Source of the DNA: a virus
Lineage: Duplodnaviria > Caudoviricetes
Strand: one strand, 5' to 3'
DNA: 55,257 nt
IMG/VR virus record: IMGVR_UViG_3300025325_000026
Location: 1-55,257 of that record
Below the pieces are notes generated by a model. That model was not told the origin of the DNA and did not search any database. It saw nothing but the letters and a program-made list of their open reading frames with translations. Positions 1 to 8,001 of the stretch are shown piece after piece (position 1 is the stretch's first letter; the number at the start of each line of letters is the position of its first letter). The position numbers and the translations under genes were made by a program.

Positions 1-87
1 ATCACTTTTTTCCACGGCCGAAATTTTAGACCCCCCTTTAAAAATATTTAAATTACATTATAAAAATTTATTAATTATATTTAAAAT

Positions 88-237
88 ATGGAAAAAACGG
101 TATCCATCAAAATGTCTGAAGTCGAACACGCCAAGTTTGTTGCTGCTTGTAAAAAATTTGGAGTATTACGCAATAATTTCGCCAAAAAAGCTATTTTAGA
201 CAAGATAAACGAGTCGGGAGGTAAAGAAATTGAATAA
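88..237 (+). CDS. Small ribbon-helix-helix/CopG-like DNA-binding protein (49 aa, below ORF-track cutoff)
   Basis: Manual translation MEKTVSIKMSEVEHAKFVAACKKFGVLRNNFAKKAILDKI...; alternating beta-strand followed by two helices; overlaps start of next gene. Confidence 0.55.
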   Translation: MEKTVSIKMSEVEHAKFVAACKKFGVLRNNFAKKAILDKINESGGKEIE

Positions 238-823
238 TTCATTGCCAGAAATCAAAATGGTCCCACTGGATTCAATCCATAAAAACCCGAAGAACCCCCG
301 CATAATCAAGGATGAAAAGTTTAAGAAACTGGTCAACTCTATCATTTTTTTTCCTAAAATGTCATCAAAACGTCAGGTGATATATGACGAAACTGGTATG
401 ATCTTGGGCGGCAATATGCGGTATGAAGCCATGCTTGATATATCCAAAAAAGGCAGATCAAAGATTGAATCTATACTCAAAGAGAAATCGACCGCAACCA
501 AAGATCTGTCCGGTAATATCGATATCCTTGAGCCGCTGTTTCGTGGGATATTTCCTGAAGGATGGGCGATTTGTGCCGACGATTTTACCGAAGATGAAAA
601 ACAGGAATTTGTTATCAAGGATAACATTTCGGGCGGTTCGTGGAATTGGGAAAGCCTTGCAGGTGGTTTTGAATTAAATGATTTGATTGAATGGGGTTTT
701 GATGAATGGGAACTTGGACTCTCTCCAAAACCAGAAGTAGAAGTTCCCGAAGAAAAAAAACCAGACAAGAACACAATAAAGAAATGCATCTGTCCGGAGT
801 GCGGCCATGAATTTGAGCCTTAA
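230..823 (+). CDS. ParB/Srx N-terminal-domain protein with C-terminal Zn ribbon (typical of phage DNA-modification modules)
   Basis: NPKNPRII...LGGNMRY motif, IKDN...W, terminal CPECGHEF. Confidence 0.8.
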   Translation: MNNSLPEIKMVPLDSIHKNPKNPRIIKDEKFKKLVNSIIFFPKMSSKRQVIYDETGMILGGNMRYEAMLDISKKGRSKIESILKEKSTATKDLSGNIDILEPLFRGIFPEGWAICADDFTEDEKQEFVIKDNISGGSWNWESLAGGFELNDLIEWGFDEWELGLSPKPEVEVPEEKKPDKNTIKKCICPECGHEFEP

Positions 824-1691
824 AGAATGCATGTTCTGCAAGGAAAGAAAACCGATTTCGATGTTTAACAAAAACACCAAAGCGCCGGATGGTCATTGGG
901 CGTGGTGTAAGGTTTGTGAGAAGAGGTCTGGTTTTTACGAGAAGAAAAGAGAGATTGAAAATGATGCTATGCGAATAGTTTCTTTTTCTGGGGGCAAAGA
1001 TTCTACCGCAATGCTTCTAAAGCTTATCGAAGAAAAAAGAAGGGTGGACAAGGTAATATATTTTGACTGTGGTTCTTTTGAATGGCCTCAAATGGCAGAG
1101 CATATAAACCTTGTAGAAAAAAATACTGGTATTAAAATACAAAGAGTTAAGCATAAGGTAGATTTTTATGATATGGCCAAAACATTGCAGCCAAACAACA
1201 AAGAAATTAATGGGTGGCCAACACCGATGATGCGTTGGTGTACGCTGCTTAAATTATTAACAATCAGGCAGGCGTTAAGAGAATACAGGCCATATATTTT
1301 TTATTTTGGGTTTGCAGTTGATGAACCAAAACGAGTAATTAAGGCAGCACAAAAGGGATTCCATGTAACGCACGATCATTTCCAGTCAAACGAATACCCG
1401 CTGGTTGAATGGGGCATGACTGAAAAGGATTGCCTAAAATACTGTTTTGACCGAGGTTATAGATGGTCAGGACTATACGATCATTTTAGTCGGGTGTCGT
1501 GCTGGTGTTGTCCACTTCAAAATCAAACAGACCTTGCAAAACTTTGTAAATATTATCCTGATATGTGGAAAAAATTAAAAGCATGGAATGAAGAAATGCC
1601 AAAACCGTACAAAAACGATCCTGGCATTTTTGATAAAATGGAAAGAAGGGTTTATTTTCCTGCGGTTTCTTCGGAAGGTGGAAAACCTTGA
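807..1691 (+). CDS. PAPS-reductase-family (PP-loop) protein with N-terminal Zn-binding domain
   Basis: SFSGGKDS PP-loop, RWCT, RVSCWCCP; N-terminal CxxC...CxxC. Confidence 0.85.
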   Translation: MNLSLKECMFCKERKPISMFNKNTKAPDGHWAWCKVCEKRSGFYEKKREIENDAMRIVSFSGGKDSTAMLLKLIEEKRRVDKVIYFDCGSFEWPQMAEHINLVEKNTGIKIQRVKHKVDFYDMAKTLQPNNKEINGWPTPMMRWCTLLKLLTIRQALREYRPYIFYFGFAVDEPKRVIKAAQKGFHVTHDHFQSNEYPLVEWGMTEKDCLKYCFDRGYRWSGLYDHFSRVSCWCCPLQNQTDLAKLCKYYPDMWKKLKAWNEEMPKPYKNDPGIFDKMERRVYFPAVSSEGGKP

Positions 1692-1816
1692 GGAAAGTAT
1701 TTTTTGCGCATGTGAATAACAGCCTGTTTCGACACACCACAAGCCGTGGCAATTTCTTTTATGCCCCAACCTTTTTTTTTTGCTGTTATGAAATGTTCTC
1801 TTGTTACCTTGGCCAT
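1652..1816 (-). CDS. Small helix-turn-helix protein
   Basis: AGGAGG SD before ATG at 1816; IKEIATACGVSKQAVI HTH. Confidence 0.65.
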   Translation of the reverse strand: MAKVTREHFITAKKKGWGIKEIATACGVSKQAVIHMRKKYFPQGFPPSEETAGK

Positions 1817-2241
1817 ACAAAACCTCCTGTTAAAGAAATTAAACTGATACTGTTGAAAGAGACACCTCAAAACCCCCCAGTGCGGAGAGTTTTGAAAAGT
1901 CGATCTGACACCGCAGTTTTCGACACGAAACCGATGACCCCTAACATGATTTCCAAGTTTGTGGACTTGCTCAAGCCTATTTGTCTTTACCTAATCCGGT
2001 TTGAGATACAAATAAAAAAGCCCGTATTTAATCAGACTTTCCCTTCCCCCCCTACCACGAAAGGGAATGGTGCGATTAAATACGGGCATAATAGTCGTGC
2101 GCGTATTGTGAGATGTGGTAGGATACTTAAAAAGAACTAAGAAAAAATTATAATTAAATATAGCTATAAACCATTAAAAAATCAACCTGTTTTTAATAAA
2201 AATATGTATTTTGAGTTAGAATACATCGCGGAATTGATGAT

Positions 2242-2760
2242 ATGACCGCAGGCCGAAAACGAAAACCGACACAATTCCACGTCATAAACGGCACAGACCG
2301 CCCCTGCCGCCGCAACGAAAATGAACCTATACCAGAAATAGATAGTGAAATACCACTACCACCAGCGCATTTGACGGATCACGCAAAAGTCGAATGGTTG
2401 AGAATGTCGAAAGTTTTATATAATAACGGATTGTTGACACAATTAGACTACGCAGAATTTGAAATCTATTGTCAGGCATGGGGTGTTCTCAGAGAAGCCG
2501 ACGAACTAATGAAGAAAACGTTTATATCTATGAAAACTTCCGATGGAACCAGCATTAAAACCGGCCTTATAATGGTAACGAAAAACGGCAATGTGATAAA
2601 TTCTCCATTTCTAAATATAGCGAATACGGCGAGAAGGGATTGTCATAAATTTTTAAGCGAGTTTGGGATGACGCCATCAAGCAGAACAAAAACTAAAGAT
2701 GTAAATTCACAGCGTAAACAAAATAAATTTTACAACAACGTAAATGTTCAGGCTTGTTGA
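2242..2760 (+). CDS. terS: Terminase small subunit (P27 family)
   Basis: GRKRKPT...P.PP..L...AK.EW, EFGMTPSSR motif; directly upstream of terL. Confidence 0.93.
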   Translation: MTAGRKRKPTQFHVINGTDRPCRRNENEPIPEIDSEIPLPPAHLTDHAKVEWLRMSKVLYNNGLLTQLDYAEFEIYCQAWGVLREADELMKKTFISMKTSDGTSIKTGLIMVTKNGNVINSPFLNIANTARRDCHKFLSEFGMTPSSRTKTKDVNSQRKQNKFYNNVNVQAC

Positions 2761-4496
2761 TGAAAGATTACGCATCCATAGCTATAGAATACGCTAAAGC
2801 TGCCATTGCCGATAAAAAAAATAAGCGGCATGGCCGATGGATACGATTAGCGGCACAGCGGTTCATTGATGACCTAAAGAGATCGAAAGCGAAAGAATGT
2901 AACTTTAAGTTTGATAAATGGAACGGCGATAATACCTGTGATTTTATAGAAAAACTGCCACACGTTGAGGGTAAATGGGATTCTCCAACAATCATACTTA
3001 TCCCGGCACAGTGTTTTTTTATTGTTCAACTATTCGGATTCCGTGATAAAAAGACAGGTTATAGGCGTTTTACTTCTGCATTGTTTGCAACAGCAAGAAA
3101 AAGTGCCAAATCAACTATTTCAGCGGCAATAATGCTTTATTGTAAATGCTGCGAAGAAGAGCCAGGGGCGCAACTATTGAGCGCGGCAACTACCTTTCCA
3201 CAGGCTGCAATAATATTTACAATAGCAAAAAAGATGGTGGAAAAAACCCCTGATTTAAGAGAGGCATTCGGGCTTGAAGTATGGTCAAAGGCGATTACAA
3301 GGATTGAAACAGGAAGTAGCTTTAAGCCGATCCATGCAAAGGCAAGCACTCAAGACGGGCTTAACCCTTCCCATACCGCGCTTGATGAAATCCACGCCCA
3401 CAAAACGGCAGACCTATTAAACGTATTGACATCGGCGGCAGGAGCGCGGTCTAATCCGCTGTGGCTTTATACCACCACAGAGGGATACACTTCGCCGGGA
3501 CCGTGGGGGGAACTGCGCGATTTCGCAAAAAAATTACTTCTTGGCGTTTTCGGTAATGACGCCGATCATTTTCTCGCTTTGTTCTGGGCTGTTGACGATG
3601 AAGACAAGTCGGCCGGAATAAAAGCCGATGACGACTTCGATGAATCCGTATGGGTAAAAGCCAATCCGTTGATTGAATCGAATCCTAATCTTCTGACGGC
3701 GATACGTAAAGAAGCGATCGAAGCAAAGCAGATGCCGTCAAAGCTTGCAGAATTTAAGATTAAAAGACTTAACCGTCAAGCTTCTACCGCTGGAGGATGG
3801 ATTGATCTTATCAAATGGCGGGCCTGTTCGTCAGAAATTGACCTTGAGTTTCTAAAGGGTTATCCATGTTATGGTGGTCTCGATTTGGCAAGTACAATGG
3901 ATTTAGCGGCATTCAGGCTACTATGGGATGTGGAGGGGATGTATTATACTCACGGCTGGCGCTGGTGTCCTGAAGATGCAATAAAGTACCGCACCGAGCG
4001 CGGGACCGTTCCGTATGCTGCATGGGTAAACACTGGATTGATCAAGCGGACAGAAGGGAACGTAATTGATTACGAAGTAGTAGAAAACGACATAAAAGAA
4101 CTTGATTCGAGGTTTAAAATACAGAAAATAGCCTTCGATACGTGGAATGCGGCAGGGACGGCAAATAATTTAACAAAGAGCGGAATGAAATTGGTAGAGT
4201 TCATCCAAGGCACGAAAAGCTTTCACCCGGCGATGAAAAAACTTGAAGAGCTATACGTATCTGGTAAGATAAAGCACGGCGGCGACCCGGTATTAAATTG
4301 GTGCGCGTCGAACATCGTTGCCCGTAGAGATGTAAATCTTAATATGGCACCCGATCGAAAAAAATCTGTAGATAAAATAGATGATATGGTTGCACTGCTT
4401 ATGGCTATAGGAATTACAATTGAAAATCAAGATCCTGTAAAATCAGTTTATGAGGAAATGGAATACAATGAGATTGTCAATAGGATGTCTTTGTAA
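2754..4496 (+). CDS. terL: Terminase large subunit
   Basis: ARKSAKST Walker A variant, LDEIH Walker B, GGLDLAS and KIDDMVA nuclease motifs. Confidence 0.97.
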   Translation: MLMKDYASIAIEYAKAAIADKKNKRHGRWIRLAAQRFIDDLKRSKAKECNFKFDKWNGDNTCDFIEKLPHVEGKWDSPTIILIPAQCFFIVQLFGFRDKKTGYRRFTSALFATARKSAKSTISAAIMLYCKCCEEEPGAQLLSAATTFPQAAIIFTIAKKMVEKTPDLREAFGLEVWSKAITRIETGSSFKPIHAKASTQDGLNPSHTALDEIHAHKTADLLNVLTSAAGARSNPLWLYTTTEGYTSPGPWGELRDFAKKLLLGVFGNDADHFLALFWAVDDEDKSAGIKADDDFDESVWVKANPLIESNPNLLTAIRKEAIEAKQMPSKLAEFKIKRLNRQASTAGGWIDLIKWRACSSEIDLEFLKGYPCYGGLDLASTMDLAAFRLLWDVEGMYYTHGWRWCPEDAIKYRTERGTVPYAAWVNTGLIKRTEGNVIDYEVVENDIKELDSRFKIQKIAFDTWNAAGTANNLTKSGMKLVEFIQGTKSFHPAMKKLEELYVSGKIKHGGDPVLNWCASNIVARRDVNLNMAPDRKKSVDKIDDMVALLMAIGITIENQDPVKSVYEEMEYNEIVNRMSL

Positions 4497-4513
4497 TAAA
4501 AACAGGAGGAATA

Positions 4514-4792
4514 ATGTCACGACCAAAAGGTAGTAAAAATAAGTCTGATGAAGTTATTACAGAATACGGAAAAGACGAAATAGAACAGGATATGCAACCT
4601 GATACTCAGACAATAGAACCAGAGCCGGAAGAGGACAAGTGGATTTCTCAATTCGAAGCGGCAGAACACTTTAGAACGTCAGAGTCAACGATAAAAATGT
4701 GGATTGATCACGGCCATTTAGAGGAACGAAACGGACGTATCCCGATGAGGTCGATTACAATGTGTAAATTTAATTCGAGGCGGGTGGTATGA
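4514..4792 (+). CDS. Excisionase/MerR-like winged-HTH protein
   Basis: EAAEHFRTSESTIKMWIDHGHL; paralog of next ORF. Confidence 0.7.
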   Translation: MSRPKGSKNKSDEVITEYGKDEIEQDMQPDTQTIEPEPEEDKWISQFEAAEHFRTSESTIKMWIDHGHLEERNGRIPMRSITMCKFNSRRVV

Positions 4793-4992
4793 TTGACGAA
4801 AAAGACGACTCGTCTTTGCCTAAAAAAAGCTTATTTAATGTTTGCGAAGTGGCGGAATATTTCGGGGTTACTGATAGAACCGTAAGGTTGTGGATTGAAC
4901 ACGGGCACTTAACGAGTGAAAAAATAGTAGGATCGGTTCGGGTTTCTCGGGAGTCTATTATTCAGTGTCGGTTTAGGGAGGGTAAAAATTAA
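4789..4992 (+). CDS. Excisionase/MerR-like (HTH_17-type) DNA-binding protein
   Basis: EVAEYFGVTDRTVRLWIEHGHL...GSVRV. Confidence 0.85.
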   Translation: MIDEKDDSSLPKKSLFNVCEVAEYFGVTDRTVRLWIEHGHLTSEKIVGSVRVSRESIIQCRFREGKN

Positions 4993-4993
4993 A

Positions 4994-5188
4994 ATGAGCA
5001 TAAAAAGATTAACGACATTAAGGTATAACAAAGAATTGCATCGCAAAATAAAGAAATTTGGTAAAGCAGGACTGAATTACGTTGAGTCAATTCTTGCCTC
5101 ATACTGTGTCATGAAAATTATATATGGGAATGTTGATTTGAATAAGAGATATCCGCACGGCGAAGCGCCGATAGGTTTATTGCATTAA
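4994..5188 (+). CDS. Hypothetical protein
   Basis: ORF packed directly after the HTH gene. Confidence 0.5.
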   Translation: MSIKRLTTLRYNKELHRKIKKFGKAGLNYVESILASYCVMKIIYGNVDLNKRYPHGEAPIGLLH

Positions 5189-5300
5189 TACTATCTGAAA
5201 TATACCAATTTTCGACTAATTTTCATAATTTCAACAAAAACATACCATTTTATTATTTTTTTTATTATATTTATTAATATTGGTTATTAAAGAGGAAAAT

Positions 5301-6419
5301 ATGATAAGAAATTTAAAAATTGAATGCTTTGTTAGGGACAATGATCTTCATGCAAAAATAAGGGCGTCGGTACGGCTGTACCGGGCTTGTCTTCGAGCGG
5401 CGTTTTCGTATTGCGCATTGGCCGAGACTGCCGGGGCTGAAATTGTAGCAGAAAATGGCAATGTCACTGTTAAGCCAAATGATGAAAAGGCGCGAGAAAT
5501 ATTATCGGCCTGTGTCGGACATTCTGGGAAAATAAAGTATTACGAAATGTACCATTGGATGAAAGAGCTTTATCCATCCCTCATATCAAATTGCTATTCC
5601 AAAATACAGTATATCATCGGCAAAATGATGACCATGAAGGATCAGGATATAAAGAAGTGCCAGAAAAAATTTCTTATCGTTAATGGCAAAAGGGCTTTCG
5701 CGCAATTCAACCGCTCTGGAATTCCCATTAAGAGCGGCATGGCAAAAATAGACGGGCACTTGTTAAAATGCCGGTGGGATAAAGATATCGGAGAAGTAGA
5801 GTTCACGACGAATAAGATGGACTCGTCAACCTATTACGCTTTTTCTTCTCTCCGGGAAGGCTGGGAAGGTTGGAGTATAAAAGATTCGTACCTGTCTTTC
5901 GATGAGGATAAAAATAAGATCGTAGTCATCCTGTCATACGAAAGACCGGATACTCCGACAAATATTGAGCCTGAAAAAGTAATGCATGTTGAATTCACCG
6001 ACGACAAAGAGATGTTTATCACTTGTTATACTGATGATAAATGGTCTGCAAGGCCGTTTTCGGCAGCCGGTATAATTGGATATCTTGAAGAGATGGAGCA
6101 AATTTATAGCCGTTACTGGTCTGAATTCAAAAGTTATGAACGCAGGGAACGGAAACAGCGTAACCATGTCAAAGAAAAACTTAACAGGTATACTGAACGC
6201 CGGGCTAATGCAGAGAAGAACAACAATCATTTATGGAGCAAGAGGATAGTTGATTTTGCGCGGCAGCAATGCGCCGGTAAGCTCGTTGTTGTTAATCTTC
6301 CAGAAAAAACCTTATTTGATTTGCCTTATGGATGGTTCGATTTTAAAACAAAGCTTGATTACAAGATGAAGGAAATCGGCGGTACGGTAAGTTTCGTAAC
6401 TGTCGATAAAGACAAATAG
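5301..6419 (+). CDS. TnpB/Cas12f-like RNA-guided effector, predicted nuclease-dead and C-terminally truncated
   Basis: Bridge-helix/RuvC-II-like NHLWSKRIVDFA...KLVVVNL; W..FKTKLDYK..EIGGTV.FV; RuvC-I position reads VMHVEF instead of GxDxG; no TSxxC/Zn finger/RuvC-III; adjacent CRISPR array; SD GAGG before ATG 5301 (ORF track starts at 5280). Confidence 0.8.
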   Translation: MIRNLKIECFVRDNDLHAKIRASVRLYRACLRAAFSYCALAETAGAEIVAENGNVTVKPNDEKAREILSACVGHSGKIKYYEMYHWMKELYPSLISNCYSKIQYIIGKMMTMKDQDIKKCQKKFLIVNGKRAFAQFNRSGIPIKSGMAKIDGHLLKCRWDKDIGEVEFTTNKMDSSTYYAFSSLREGWEGWSIKDSYLSFDEDKNKIVVILSYERPDTPTNIEPEKVMHVEFTDDKEMFITCYTDDKWSARPFSAAGIIGYLEEMEQIYSRYWSEFKSYERRERKQRNHVKEKLNRYTERRANAEKNNNHLWSKRIVDFARQQCAGKLVVVNLPEKTLFDLPYGWFDFKTKLDYKMKEIGGTVSFVTVDKDK

Positions 6420-6429
6420 GATGGGGCAT

Positions 6430-6556
6430 GGGACACCAAAAACAGCGGCTACCGTTTGTCGCACATGTTGGAAAGCTTAACATAATGTACTGTTTTGTAC
6501 ACCACTACGCAATATATTGGTGTCTCACCCGTGCGCGTGTGGAAACGGGTGGAGGG
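6430..6556 (+). ncRNA. Structured RNA directly after the effector gene, with partial anti-repeat
   Basis: GACACCAA (6432-6439) pairs with TTGGTGTC (6517-6524), enclosing three short hairpins; CCCGTGCGCGTGTGGAAAC (6528-6546) can pair 16/19 (with G-U) with the repeat 5' half. Confidence 0.45.
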
Positions 6557-6568
6557 AAATAATAATAA

Positions 6569-6793
6569 ATGACAAGATGTAGCAATTGTCAAAAACCATT
6601 TAAGCCGGTAAACGCAAGAAATAAGTATTGCAGCCGTTGCCGGAAGAATGGGTGTCGTGGAATACGGTTCTATCACTCAAAACAGGGTGACGGAATAAAT
6701 ATAGGTATTAAGGCCTCGTGCCTAAAAAAACGTTCAACACTTTTACGAAAGGCGGTTCAAAATGGAACTGAAGAAACTAGAACAGCACAGTGA
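6569..6793 (+). CDS. Small Zn-ribbon protein
   Basis: CSNC...YCSRC; GGAGGG SD-like sequence upstream. Confidence 0.6.
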   Translation: MTRCSNCQKPFKPVNARNKYCSRCRKNGCRGIRFYHSKQGDGINIGIKASCLKKRSTLLRKAVQNGTEETRTAQ

Positions 6794-6962
6794 CAATTCG
6801 CTCGAAAGACTTGACAAGGCAGCAGATGAGCACTTTGACGGAAAACGCGAAGATAAATCAGCGATGGTTCAGGCAGGCTTGTCGAATGCAACGGCGCGTC
6901 AGATCGGAGCGAACCTGAACATAAGAAAAACAAAGATTCGTGAAGCTCTTGCAGTAGCATAA
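6762..6962 (+). CDS. Hypothetical helical protein
   Basis: 66-aa ORF overlapping the previous gene. Confidence 0.55.
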   Translation: MELKKLEQHSDNSLERLDKAADEHFDGKREDKSAMVQAGLSNATARQIGANLNIRKTKIREALAVA

Positions 6963-6964
6963 TT

Positions 6965-7097
6965 ATGGAGATGGTCGCCACATATACGAAAACAGGGGGA
7001 TCACAACTCCCACGACGTAGTATTTTTACGTCAACCGACTGTTCTGTCGGCCCATACCCGCACTATATGAGTGTATGCGGCGGCTCTCCTTTTTTAT
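6965..7097 (+). ncRNA. Candidate tracrRNA (bipartite anti-repeat)
   Basis: Hairpin GGGGGA-TCACAA-CTCCC whose loop (7001-7006) is complementary to repeat 3' end TTGTGA; CCATACCCGC (7052-7061) complementary to repeat GCGGGTATGG; ends in a U-tract; boundaries approximate. Confidence 0.7.
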
Positions 7098-7099
7098 CG

Positions 7100-7287
7100 T
7101 ATTTAGTGCGCGAACCTTCGGCGAACATAAAAAGCCGGACTGTTCGCGCAGGGATGAAACATAATGATTTTAAGCACCTTACAACTACAGAGCGCATTAA
7201 ATGTAAACTTTATGAGGTTAAAAATGAGTGTGTTCGCGCAATTGGTGGTTTAACGAGCTGTTTTTTTAATTGGTTGCAATCGATACT
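7100..7287 (+). promoter_or_regulatory. CRISPR leader
   Basis: TGCGCGAAC (7107-7115) and two GTTCGCGCA copies (7142, 7232) in inverted arrangement as in I-C-type leaders; AT-rich; abuts first intact repeat. Confidence 0.65.
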
Positions 7288-7584
7288 GTTTCATCTCGTG
7301 CGCGGGTATGGTTTGTGAGGTACCGCGCCACTTCCCGCCGTTGCATCGGCCTTGTTTCATCTCGTGCGCGGGTATGGTTTGTGAGGGAAAATCGATCTTC
7401 TTTTCTGCCGAAGATGTCGAGTTTCATCTCGTGCGCGGGTATGGTTTGTGAGCTATTACTTTTACATGCACACGCGCGTATAGAAGGTTTCATCTCGTGC
7501 GCGGGTATGGTTTGTGAGAGCTTTCCAACCTGGCGAACCAGTTTCATCTCGTGTTTCATCTCGTGCGCTGGTACGGGTTGTGAG
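7288..7584 (+). CRISPR. CRISPR mini-array, 5 repeats (32 bp GTTTCATCTCGTGCGCGGGTATGGTTTGTGAG) and 4 spacers (34, 35, 34, 34 bp)
   Basis: Repeats start at 7288, 7354, 7421, 7487 (identical) and 7553 (3 mismatches, trailer); orientation inferred from leader and degenerate last repeat. Confidence 0.97.
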
Positions 7585-7614
7585 TATATGAGTAGCATAA
7601 AAAAAGGATAAACA

Positions 7615-7797
7615 ATGTGTAAAATGAAGCAACTAAAAAAACGTATCGATAAATCAGGCATAAAGCGCAAGGATCTCGCAAAAAAACTTGGGGTATCTTA
7701 CCAGTATCTCAATTTATGGCTAAATGATTTTGCTGATATGCCTGAAGAATACGAGAAAAAAATAAACGAGATACTGGATAGTGCAGCAAAAAATTAG
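7615..7797 (+). CDS. XRE/Cro-like HTH transcriptional regulator
   Basis: GIKRKDLAKKLGVSYQYLNLWLN; AAGGA SD. Confidence 0.85.
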   Translation: MCKMKQLKKRIDKSGIKRKDLAKKLGVSYQYLNLWLNDFADMPEEYEKKINEILDSAAKN

Positions 7798-8001
7798 CTA
7801 AATATCTAACCGTAATCATGCCATTTCAGTCAGGTAAATTAACTTTTACCGGCCTTTTTTATTTCCAAATTTCCTAAAATTTCCTAAAATTTCACAGTTT
7901 TTATACATGAGTGTATTGAATTATCCTTAATTTGTACACTTTAAAGTATGTTTATTGTTAAATTGACCGATTAAGGTCATTTTAATCATTGAGCGTACTT
8001 A

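Noticed and set aside
230-823. ParABS plasmid-prophage partition system
   Set aside because: Only a ParB N-terminal domain in a modification-gene context; no ParA
2095-2112. TCGTGCGCGTATTGTGAG resembles the CRISPR repeat with a 6-nt deletion (possible delocalised crRNA)
   Set aside because: Only 9+7 nt match, it lacks the segment that pairs with the tracrRNA, and chance cannot be excluded
1688-2140. 150-aa + strand ORF
   Set aside because: Overlaps a better-supported minus-strand HTH gene and has no recognisable motif; likely non-coding or regulatory
5301-6419. IS200/IS605 transposon or Cas12k CAST
   Set aside because: No TnpA, TnsB, TnsC or TniQ gene and no transposon ends seen; association is with a CRISPR array
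7266-7670. ORFs 7270-7611(+), 7266-7670(-) and 6965-7318(+)
   Set aside because: They are translations of the CRISPR array, leader and tracrRNA region, with repeat-derived periodic peptides
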